DNA of 64,000 bases, from assembly GCF_006345805.1 (NCBI RefSeq), contig NC_042997.1, positions 92,318,001-92,382,000 on the forward strand, read 5' to 3'. Shown piece after piece: positions 24,305 through 36,400 of this stretch. The translations under genes were made by a program, and so were the position numbers. Positions within the stretch are counted from its first letter, which is position 1, and the number at the start of each line of letters is the position of its first letter. This DNA comes from Octopus sinensis (taxonomy: Eukaryota). The notes under the pieces are model-generated. The model worked only from the letters and a program-made list of their open reading frames with translations. It was not told the origin of the DNA and searched no databases.

Positions 24305-24448
24305 GACGGGCTTCCATCTACCAAATCCACTCACAAGGCTTTGGTCGGCCCGAGGCAGTAGTAGAAGACACTTGCCCAAGGTGCCACGCAGTGGGACTGA
24401 ACCCGTAACCATGTGGTAAGCAAGCTACTTACCACTCACCCACTCCTG
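24098..24448 (-). mobile_element. SINE family B, young CpG-retaining copy
   Basis: Reverse complement reads gcacaggagtgg...gtggtaagtagcttgctt...tcagtcccactgcgtggcaccttgggcaagtgtcttctac. Confidence 0.85.
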
Positions 24449-24866
24449 TGCTCGTCGGTTATACTCCATTCTTTTATCTATGTCTGCTTTACAAAGAAAT
24501 TGAGAAATACTTTGAATTTGAGATATTACATGCAAACTCATATTATTCCTTACATAAAATTTTCTCATTTTCAGTTTGCTGGCCAAACATAGCCTTGAAT
24601 GCTATTACAAAATGGAGGCGTTGCCATTGACATTCAGTACATTTTCTGTTGCATATAAACAATGTTTTGGTTCCTAAAAATCTTTCGAGTATTTTCTTCA
24701 TATTTTGTGTCTAGCATTAAAAAATAAAATCATCATACGCTGAGTCCCGATCAATGTGCTTTTTTTATATAAATATTTTAACTATTTAAAAATGGTGGGA
24801 CACTAGGGAAGTCACTCTGGACATAAAATTTTAAAATAAAAATTTAAAAATTAAAGTAATAATTAA

Positions 24867-25246
24867 CTAGCACTATGACCCAGCAACGCCGGGTCATAGT
24901 GCTAGTGCATGCCTATACAGCTGCGTGCGTGCGCACATACACGCGAGTACTGTCCAAATCTCCGACCAATCACATACAGCTAGCAGGCATTCAATTGGCG
25001 TATCAAGTTTCGGGCATTTTGATTGGGTTTTGGATAGAAAATTCACAAAAAAGTCACTTCTATTGATTTTTTGATGGCTTTGCGGGTTGACTGGGGAAAT
25101 GTAAAGATGTGCACGACCACCCTTGGACGGTTTTGAATGACCATAGAAAGTGCGAGCCCTCTAACTGAAAAATTGTGGATTTGTATAAAGGACACGCACA
25201 CACACACACACACAGACAGACATTTTGCCGTTTATATATAGAGAGA
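24867..25246 (-). mobile_element. Non-autonomous Helitron-type element (380 bp)
   Basis: On the - strand A|TCTCTCTATATATAAA 5' end and CTAG|T 3' end (AT target site), internal (CA)n/(CAGA)n, terminal hairpin. Confidence 0.8.
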
Positions 25247-28200
25247 TGAAAATTAGCGCGCCATCCCCACCATATTTATCTTGCTCCGGGCGCTGGCAAC
25301 CAATGTTACGTCACTGGGGTTAAGACATTCAATCATACTAAGAAGAAATTATGCATTGTAATTACGCATAGTAATTTCATTTAGCGAGGAAGCATCTATG
25401 CAGTATTTTGTTATGCTGTATATAGCAGTCAAATACCCCCCCCCCCCACACTCTCTCTCTCAAATCATACCCACTGTCTTAAAAAGTGGGGTGGGGGACG
25501 ACACATTAGACAAAGTAGAATACTACAAAACGACAAGATATATATGGTTCGAACAGCTTTGGTCATACGTTTGTGCGATCAGTGCAGACACATGACCAGA
25601 TGATGACGACGTTGATGATAGCGACGTGAGTCAGTAATTAGCAGAGGGATCAATACGGTATGGGTTGTGAATAGGTAAATGTAAGGACTTGCAATAGGTC
25701 TCTACTTCGATGTGAGCCCAGAATTTTTTCTTTCTATTTAGAAAGCTTTTATAAATATAAACCAGATCAAATTGAGTAGTGACGTTATGATTAACAATTA
25801 CACAACAATTTTAGCGATTAACGTCAGCAAAAATACTGGCGAATAAGTTGTTGATTATAGACAGACGGTCAAAGACAAAGTTATGCACCAGAGAGAACCA
25901 AACAGTTATGCTTCACGCTAGGAGCTATCCTCAATCAGCGAGGGGCTATGCCATGGCAGCTGACATGCATATTCATTTATTTACTTTCTCTTCTCCTCCT
26001 CCTCCTCCTCCTCCTCCTTCTCTCTCTCTCTCTCTCACTCATTTACACACAACCACACAAACTATCCAACTAAATCATTAAATCGAGCGTACAAACTTGT
26101 AAGAATAAACCGATGAATTGAAAATGAACGACTCCTCTTCTTATTCTTCCATCATCCCATTTTTCTCACTGTGACAAAAGGAGACTAGGGCAGGGCCAAA
26201 TGAGGTCCTACTCCTCGTTTGACCCTACCCTAGTATATTTATCTTATTGTTAAAGACGCATATTGATACGTACTTAGTCACGTTGTAAAATTTTTGCCAC
26301 AAGGGCTTTTAAAAATAATACTATAGTAATTATGAGCAAACGCGGCTACGTGGTAAGAAGCTATATGTGTCCTCTATTATAGCCTCGGGCCGACAAAGGC
26401 TTTGTGAGTTGATTAAGTAGACAGGAACTGAATAGTTAAATGGTTAACTCGGTGACTGGCATCCGGCGCTAAGAGTACCATACGAGTGAGATCGTTGCCA
26501 GAGCAACAAGCTGGCCTTCGTGCCGATGGCACGTTAAACACACCATTCGAGCGTGATCGTTAACGCGTCGCCTTACTAGCACTTGTGCTGGTGGCACGTG
26601 AAACATTCGAGTAAGGTCGTTGCCAGTGCCGCTGGACTGGTTCCTGTGCAGGTGGCACATAAAAAGCACCATTTGGGGTTGTGTCAGTTGCTAGTACCAC
26701 CAAACTGGCCCTCGTGCCGGTGTCACGTAAAAGTACCCACTACACTCTCGGAGTTGCTGGCGTTAGGAAGGGCATCCAGCTGTAGAAACTCTGCCAGATC
26801 AGATTGGAGTCTGGCTCGCCAGCCCACAGTCAAATCGTCCAACCCATGCTAGCATGGAGGGCGGACATTAAATGATGATGATGATGATGATGAAATGGCT
26901 ACATTGTTAAAAGGTTGATTTGAATGACATTTCTAGACATAGCATACAGTTTCTTGTTCTACTGCTATTAGAAATATACGTAATTATTTGGAGGATTATG
27001 TTCAATTTAAGATATTTTGTTCGATTTAAAACCATCATCATCAACATCATTGTCTAAGTTGACCGCGAAATTTTTTCCCCACGAGAGTTCTAGACCCTTG
27101 TAATGAACTCATTTGCATACAGCCAATCAGAGCAGAGCCACCTTTATCCTTTCTAGTCAGCACTGTGCATTCCTTACTCTTTCCCTCTCTTCTGACAGAC
27201 AGCAACCTTTTCGTCACTATTGAAAAAAAAAACTTTGCTATGACTACAAGTACTACTGTCTCTAACTACCTGTGAGTTTATGAATAAATATATGTAAATA
27301 ATATTTCTTCCTTCTTGGTGTTGATTCTTCGATGTTCTCTGGTTACTCCGAAGTTGGTATAATAATACGCTCGCCCAGACTGAATTGCTGGAGTTATTTC
27401 ATTTTTTCCAGAAAACTGTTTTTAAAATGTTATAGAGGCTTAAAGTTCGATCATTTTCACCCTGTCAGGAAACAGGATTTGGAAGTTGTCATTTTGTGCA
27501 TTACAAAATAGCACATGTTGTCAATATTTGTAAACAATGCGTTATGTTTCCGGTAATTTTCTTTCATGTAAGCAATTCTTTCGTGGCCGTTGCCAGCCTC
27601 GCCTGGCACCTGTGCCGATGGCACATAAAAAGCACCAACCGATCGTGGCTGTTGCCAGCCTCCTCTGGCCCCTGTGCCGGTGGCACGTAAAAAGCACCCA
27701 CTACACTCACGGAGTGGTTGGCGTAAGGAAGGGCATCCAGCTGTAGAAACACTGCCAAATCAAGATTAGAGTCTGGTGCAGCCTTCTGGCTTCCCAGATC
27801 CCGGTCGAACCGTCCAACCCATGCTAGCATGGAAAACGGAAGTTAAACGATGATGATGATATATATATATTATATATATATATATATAAAATATACCCAT
27901 GGAGGTTTGTCAGTCTTCTTCTATGTGTGTTTGTGTATCCATATATATATGTCTGCATATATTTTATGTATATATTTATGTTTATGTATATGCATGCATG
28001 TATATATGCAGATACACATGAACAAAACGATCACATCATGTAAAAAAAAACCGTTTTTTGGGGGGAATTAAGAGTCAAATCTATCATTTAGGATATTTCA
28101 CACAAATAGCACATAATGCATACTGACTCCCATCCCTTCTTGGTTACAGCTAAGAGTGGACAAATCCGTAAGTATGTGTGCGTCCGTACATATTGTTAGC

Positions 28201-28416
28201 GCACAGGTACGCTGCTATCCCCAACTCTACATTGGTACCTTTGCTATTCCATCGGATTTTGAAAATTATATAGGAAACTTATATATGCACCATTCTGCTT
28301 AAATAATGGAACTGCAAATACAAAATCCTTACGTATCTCACGCCTGTTTTCATTCCTTCCCTTCATTCTGTATTTCATATCTTCTCTATAATAACTATTA
28401 AACATTTTCTCGCACC

Positions 28417-28464
28417 GTCTCTGATGAAGGGATATATAAAATATTCCGAAAATAGCTGTAAGAC
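28417..28464 (+). ncRNA. Degenerate type-I hammerhead ribozyme motif, same family as 6884-6939
   Basis: GUCU CUGAUGA A GGGAUAU AUAAA AUAUUCC GAAA AU AGCU GUA AGAC; an extra A and a C-to-U change in the GAAAC box. Confidence 0.6.
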
Positions 28465-28934
28465 CTTCTCTTTATAAATGTTCTGAAAACACAGCCTTGA
28501 ATTTTTTTTTTATCTCATTCTGTTAATTATATATATATATATGCATGAATGTATGTAATCTTCGAAACGATCAGAGAATTTAATTCGTATATACACGCAC
28601 ACACATATTTATAAATGTTCCTTTCATTAGGATTGAACTCAGCCTCTCTAAAATAATATTTCAATGCTTTTGATTGCTTAATGTTAGAGTTACCTCCCTT
28701 GATTCCATGTTCCTTTATTTTCTAGATGTCACTAAAAGCAGTGGACACGCATACATACACACACCGTCGTCAACGGTGGTGTGCTTACAAGAGCAAATGA
28801 CCGAAGAAGTCTTACTTGTTTTATACAGTGTTACGAACTGTCCTCTACTTTTGGCAATTATGAGGCTTAAAGTCTAAAAGTTTAAGAAGAAGTGACTGAG
28901 GACATTTCATAAAGGTTTACCAATAATTTCGACA

Positions 28935-29009
28935 ATGGGCGTAACCCCGAGTGATTTAATAACTCTGAACAGTTTCAACTGGCTGAGATTACAGCAGGTT
29001 ATATATTTT
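28935..29009 (+). CDS. Candidate start-codon exon of PNPLA6/7 (MGVTPSDLITLNSFNWLRLQQVIYF)
   Basis: acaATGG Kozak context; phase-0 GTAAGT donor at 29010 (alternative CAG|GTTATA at 28998) joins in frame to the exon at 46735; upstream acceptor ttttctag at 28725. No homology support, so this is inference. Confidence 0.4.
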
Positions 29010-32000
29010 GTAAGTTTATTTGAATTAATTTTCATTCATTTAAGTAATTATACTCAAATCGCTTAACTTGGAATAGTAAATGTTTATTCATGAGTGTACT
29101 TTGAAAATGAATATCGTTTCCAAATAGCTAGATAAAAACATTAAAAAACAAAACAAACTATTGTTGCTGTTCTGCTTATTTGAGTTTGGCAAATGTTATA
29201 TAATTACTGTTTTAGTAATAGTACTAATACTCCTAGGTAACAGACTGTTTTAGTAGCTATTCCGTTTTTTCCTTTCGCTTTCTTACTGTTGTTACTAGTC
29301 TTTTATTTACATCGTAGAGCAGAAAAGGATGCTGCTACCGAAACTGGTTTCTAAGCTTCATGTAACCAACGAGTCATCCAGGGAATTTTTTATGTGCTCG
29401 TTCGGTTCGCAAAAAATTAATTAAATTCTTCTATTGCACACTTATTACTTTGTAAAAAAATCCGAAATGCTGAGCAAAAAAAAAAAAAAAAAAAAACACT
29501 AAGAAAAGAAAGAAAAAAAATTATGGCTTTCGATAAAGTGTATAAGGTAGATGACCGGGGATAGAATGAATCTGATCATAGGTCTGTTTATTACTTTTTA
29601 ACTCAACGTCGTTAATGCCCTTGATGAAGGTTTGAATTCAATCAGTTTATCTTGAGGGTAAACAGTCGATTCCAAGTTTTATATGTTTTGTTTCGCGTCA
29701 CTTATATAATGTTAGTACTCTGACACGAAACAAAAACATTACTTAACATCATTTATAAATCTTAATTCTTGTGTTTAATTAAGGATCAACTTTAAATTTG
29801 TTTCACAGAATTTAGTGCAATTACTATTTTGCTTTAAACTTTGCGTTATACTAATATTGTTGGCATTAATGGTAGCAGTTGGCTATCGTTTGATTCGTAT
29901 CCTCGCAGGCTTAATTTCACTACCTGTTTGTAGAAAGTCGACTACAGTTACAACATTAATATTCTCGTGAAATGAATAAGCATAACATTGCTCTCATACC
30001 CCATTTCCCCCTATAATGGTAGGTTTGTTTTTTTTTGTGGCTCTTCATGAAACAAGATATCAAGGTTTCTTTTATTTGTATTATCTTACAATGTCCAAAA
30101 ATTTCGATCAACACAGATCTTATTGGAGTTATTTCCCCTAGTTGTTTTTATTATTTTTTTACACTTCGAAGCCTTACAACTTGTTTATTTACTCAGACCA
30201 TATCGTATTTATTCAATATGCAGAACGCTTCTTAGGGGTATTTTCAATTTACCATATTGCTAATTGTTTCTAACATAAGTACAAGGCTAGAAACTTGAAA
30301 AGGATTATCCGATTACATAAGCCTCAATACTGGACTGATTCAATTTTGGTATTTCTATCTTTGAAGTATAGCGTTTTCGTGTGCAATGTACTTGTTTATG
30401 GTTAATTTCGTCTTGTTTCAGGACTTTGAAACATTTTACTTACAATAAATATTCTGCTTGTAACCTTTGGGGGTTAGATGGAAAGAACAAACGGGCGATA
30501 TTTTTTCATAAAAAAACTTGGTGAAAATGAAAATTATAAAATATACGTGGCTACATTCACTGACCATCTCGCTTAAATTTTACTCTTTTACTGTTCTTTT
30601 CCTCTCAAAATATTCGTGGGATTTGAACTCGGAACGTAGTGTCAGAAGAATTACTGCAGAGTATTTTTTCTGGCACTCTGACGATTCTACTGATCTACCA
30701 CCACCCTTAACTGCAACAATAACAACAGTTTGTGATTTAGGAACAAGGTCAGCAATTTCGAGGGGAAGGGATTACTCAATACCATCGATTCCAGTTCGTG
30801 ATTAGTTTTTTGTTATCAACTCGAAAAAATGAAAATAATAAAGGAAAAAAAATACGGCCATGTATTTTCTTCAGCGATTCTGTCAAACTATCACCCTCTA
30901 CTTTTACGGGTTTCAGTCATTCGACTGCGGTTGTGTACAGGTTTTTATCGTTCAGTATTTATTACATCGCTTAATCACGCTTGTGTATCCTGTTTTTACA
31001 TAAAGGCAGGTTAATAGAAACAGTTTTCATCCAAAAACATTCCACTCACAAAGTTACCGAAGATGGTGCTTGCCCTAAGTGTAGCGCAGTGTGATCAAAC
31101 TTCGAACTACGTAGTTGCAAGGTGAACCTCTTTGCCACACGTATATGTGCGGCGCCTATACACTATATTGCACAATATGTTTATCACATCATTATTCGTG
31201 GTGTCTGTCAAAAAGGAAGGGTGGGCGTCAGTTTGTTTCACTACTTTTGCACCATTTTTTTGTTTCATTTAGCTTTCTTTTAGTAATTGTCTTTTTTTTA
31301 ACTCCGAGCCTTTTAGTAATTGTCTTTTTTTTAACTCCGAGCCTTACCTCTTTTATTTTACTTATCCCTCTGCAGCACTTCCACCCATTTATCAAATTCA
31401 ATGTAGCACAACCCTTCCCTCACTCGGATAAATTATTCATTTAAAGAAGTAAAATAGGAGCAAAACTACGGCGATTAAAAAACAAAAAAAACAATCCAAT
31501 CAAATAGGTAATCAAATTATTCAAAGAGTAAAATAAAATTTACTCCTAATTTGAGTTGTTAATTGTAAGAGACTGCACGAAGTCATCACTTTATTTTCAT
31601 TATAGAAAGTAATAAAGACCACACCTATACTCGTTATAGAACGTAATAGAGCTCTTTATGGCCCTGCTATTGAATACACATTACTTTTGTTAAAAAACCG
31701 CAAAGAAAAATTTCAAAACTCGTCTTTTGTGCGTTCGTCGAAGGGACTTTATTTTAGTTTTCTTTTTCATTTTGTCTCGTACGTTTTGTCCAGACCTCAG
31801 GCAACTCTATCTCCCATCTTCAGGATCCAGCAGGCCTGTCCATAACCATAATCTAATCTTTTGTGTGTTTGGATTTTACGTACCTAAAACAAAACGCGCG
31901 CGCACACACACTCACGTGTGTGATTGTAGTTAGCATTGTAAACCGCTGTCCTTGTCAAAATTTAACAATCGAGAAGATAAATACAAGAATGACTACATTC

Positions 32001-33009
32001 TCGGATTAACCATTAAAAATAATATACAGGGCACCGAGAAAAGCACGTTGCAGAGTTTTTCCCATTACTGTACAATGGTGAAGCTGAACAAGCCCCCCCC
32101 CGAAAAGAGTGGGGCGCAATTACTGAAAAACAAAGTAATAAAAATAAAGGCCTGATATTTCGGGGAATGGGGGTTAGTCGATACAATCAACTCCAATATT
32201 GACTAACGTTTTATTATATCGATCTCAGAAGGATGATAGGAAAATTTGACCTCAGGGATTTGAAACCCGAACATAAAAACTACTGAAAGAAATACAGATA
32301 GGCGTTTCGTCCAACGCAGCATCGGGTCTGCTCCATTGCCCTTTTTTGTTAATGTTTCTAGGGTGAGGTTAATTGATTACATCGGCTCCAGTACTTAAGT
32401 GTTACTGTCTGTCGTTCTCAAAGGGATGAAAAAAAAAGAGGAAAAACAAAAAAACCTTAACAGCTGGAAGCAATACTGCAAATCATCTTTTCCGAAGCTC
32501 TAACGATTTTGCCAATCTATCGCCTTTTTCTTTTGGCCTATGATGATCATTATAATAAAGAAGTTAATAACGTGTGCTAAATTTTGGATACGATAAAACT
32601 GGAATCTGGCTCTGTTATACGGACCAACTTCAATAATTCGCTCTGTTGTGAATTACTGATAGTTGATCAAAGACTGCAATTAAAACACAAAAATCATCTG
32701 CTCTAACATTCATTCTAGGACTAATATCACTTCTGAAGAAATCCTCTCTGTTTGAGCTGTCTCCACTGTCATTTGGGTTTGGCTAATCTTGCTCACGCGG
32801 ATTCTATGTAGACTAATGAAATCGTAGAATCTTATTATGGTTTACTCCGTTATCTAACTCATTCTCTCAGTAGCTTGTTCTGACTCTTGTATTTATATTC
32901 TCAGATTGTTAAATTTTCACATGGATGGACGCACCGGTGTACAGTGCTAACCATAACTACACACACGTGTGCGTGTCTATGTGCGCTCACTAATACTTGT
33001 TCCTTTGTT

Positions 33010-33445
33010 CTTTCTGTGTCTCTCCAATCCTACAGGACGATTTCTGTCTTTAAATTGTGCAACATAATCAGCTCACCTATGTTTGTTCTTGATGGTAGTG
33101 ATAGTATCGTTGATGCCTGTTGTCTGCTATCGGATCCAGTTGTTCCTCTTCTGGTCCACAGTGCTGCCGAGCATAATGCGCTCTTTTCTAAGCTGAGCGA
33201 TCACAGACGTTCCCATGATGATGTTGCTTAATGCAAACGTCTTGCTGTCATGTCATCCTAAACATAATTTTGAAAACCTTATGCTTGATCCTTATACAGG
33301 CCTTAATGCTTCTCCTGATCTTTCAAAACCCATCAACCTAAGCATCATTCTTCTCTTGATCTCTGGGAGAATATTACCGTCTTCTGTCATTTTTTCCCGA
33401 GGTAAACTTTACTATCCACTTGCTGATGACCTGCCCTGTTTATAA
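33010..33445 (-). mobile_element. RTE-1-like LINE fragment
   Basis: - strand peptides VDSKVYLG, EDGNILPEIKRR and GINDTITTIKNKHR*ADYVA match the RTE RT C-terminus. Confidence 0.75.
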
Positions 33446-36400
33446 ATAAATTTGCTTTTTGGTATTTAGTGTTATATTAAAATAATTCACATTTGTTATA
33501 ATTGACATGGTTCTAGGGCCTAGTGACTTCCGTACAAAGTAAACCTAATTTTTAATCCATATGTTATTCTGATATTCAGTTACTCGGAGCTACCTTAACA
33601 TACGGTCTACCGTAGTGCCCGTAGTCTAACCTGCGAAACGGCTGGTCCGAGTTAAATTACCAGGTGCGTCAGTTACGCGATAGAAGAGTCGTCAGTTTTA
33701 AGTTGACCTTAATCTGGCTCAGGATCAATGTTGTTGACTAAAACATGTGTAAACAGTATCCTTCAGTCCATTGGTTGCAACCAGTAAAAGAATATTTGCA
33801 TGTGAATGTGGGATTGTTTACACTGTGTTGTATATAATTTCTATTTAGGTCAATTATGAATATTTGATATCAGCCCTTTGAGACGTGAGATCAATGTTTT
33901 TATTCGTTTAACGAAGATAAAATAAAGCTTAAGATAATGAACAGGCATAAAACGAAAGGTCACTCAAACTATATTTTCCTGATTAATTGCCGATACAGTT
34001 TCCTCGGGTCCTACTGTTTAATTTGTTTCTATATTTTTCCTTTAAGTTTTTGACAACTAAGCAAACTTTCCGAAAGATTAAGAAATATATTTTACTTTTC
34101 TTAACTATCTTGCTTCAGTCATTGGACTGCGGACATGCTGGGGCATCGGCTTGAAAGTTTCTCAGTGAAATCGATCCCAATACTTATTTTTCTCAGTCTG
34201 TGGGTCTTTTGCCGAACTATGAGCACGTAAATAAACCAACACCGGTTGTCAAGCGGTGGTGGTCACACACACACACATACTACACAACAGGCTTCTTTCA
34301 GTTTCCGTCTACCAAATCCACTGACAAGGCTTCTGTTAGAGTGGGGCTGTAATAGAAGACTCTTGCCCAAGGTGTCATGCAGTGGAACTGAACCATGTGG
34401 TTGGAAAGCAACCTTCGTACCACCCAGCCACGCTCTTATTTTTACAATAAGTATGAAGTTGCAGGTGCGCAAACTACAACGAAATCGTTTAGTTACGATG
34501 CTTACATATGTAATATAGCGAGTCGTTGAAGGACCTCAAATAACTGTAGATAGCTCCATTAATATAAGCTAATTAAGATTTCCGGAGAATAAAATAATGC
34601 AGTTTGGCGTGCATCACATGTTCTTAAAGTAAATGGCGAAGTAACGGAGATATTTCGATCTTTATAGCGCTCGTCAGCGAAATATTCCAACAAATTGGTT
34701 AGACTTAGAAGTTATCAGTATATACTGAAATAGAGGAAAAGTGGTAGAGTTGATTTTAAAGTTCTTATCTTCTGATTGCGAAGTTAGACTCAGTTTAATC
34801 GAAGTCTTTCGATTCAGTATTTTATACACGCCAGACTACTCTATATTTATACATAGAATAAGGCGGTGAGCTGGTCGAATTGTTAGCACGCCGGGTAAAT
34901 GCTCAGCAGCATTTCGTCCATCTTTATGTTCTGAGCACAAATTCCGCCGAGATCGACTTGGCTATTCATCCTTTCAGGGTCGATGAAATAAGTACCCGTT
35001 GAGCATGGGTCGATGTAATCGACTGTACTCCTCCCGCAAAATTTCAGGCCCTGTGAATGGATAGCGCTCTGACTGAGGTATTTTACATTATCCTTGTTGT
35101 TGGTATTCATAATCAGCGTCACTACTCCCCATTGTATACAACTGATCACTCGATGTATTTAATTTCGTTGGAATATATTATTATATCGAGCTCTCCGCTT
35201 TTGTTGCTTTTCTAACACTTGATTCAGTCATTGGATCGCGGTTATGCCGGGGCACTGTATTGCCTTGAAGGGCTTAGTCGAACAAATCGATCCCAGCACT
35301 TATTTTTAAGTATGGCATTTATTCTAGCGAAGTTTTGCCAATCTCTGAGTTACTGGAACGTAAACAATCCAACACCGGTTGTCAAGCGGTGGTGGGAGAT
35401 ACACAATTACAGCTTTCTATAGTAGAAGACAAGGTGTCGCGCAGTGGAACTGAACCCGAAATCACGTAGATTTCTATTGTATAACATTGTGCAAAGAGTC
35501 TAAATGTAGCAGGTCGTGTAAATTTTTACATGACTACTTGAGCCCTAGTCAGTGAAATCGCATTTATGTGGTCGTTGACCTGCTAAAAATAGCATCCCAA
35601 ATCTTCCTTAAATTACACCTTATCGCCTTTAGGAGGGAAAAAGAGGAAACCACATCGAGAGAGTTCTGGATACGCTATCTCTGAAAATAGGAAGATATGG
35701 CCACGACCGCAATGTCTTGGATCATAGGTCTGTTTGATCAAGACTTAGGGCTAAACAACTACAGCTCTTAAGCAAACCAAATAGGACAAGGGAGTTACTT
35801 CACTGACTGTGGAATTACTGTTGTTACCAGTTTTTGAACTTAGTTGACAACGATTTCTCAAGTTATCTCGTGACATCCTCCAAGTTATGAGTAGGCAATT
35901 ATTACTTTACATTTTTGTCTAGGTTTGCTGAAATGCTTGCTGTTCAGCATGTGCCATGAAATTGGGTTAGTAGAATTGTGTAAAGTCTCGTAAAAGCCTT
36001 AATGAATTACAACTGATTTAATTTTTTTTTATTTGCAAAAAAATATTGAATAAAACGCTATTTCTCCCCGCCTCCTAAATACTTGTAATACTGTCATATA
36101 TGAATTCATGATATCCGGATATTTCTGACCAAAATGGTAGCTCCAGGTAAAGGAAGACTTATATAAGATTAAAATGCTTAAGTGTGTAATCCATTGCCCA
36201 AGTAATACGGATAATTGGAGAGAATACTTAGGTAACGATAGTCTGTGATCACGGCAGACAAATTAGGGAATAAATTACTTGGAAGAATGGAGAGGGCATC
36301 TTTAATCCGATCTGCGGATGGTCATCTTTAATTCGATCTGAGTTGGTAGATTCGGAGACTAGGACTTTTTTTGTCCCTTCAGGTTTAAAAAGAAACCTAT

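Noticed and set aside
34645-34680. Hammerhead-like CUGACGA...GAAA on the - strand
   Set aside because: Helix II pairs only at one G-C, and there is no GUH triplet or helix I partner downstream
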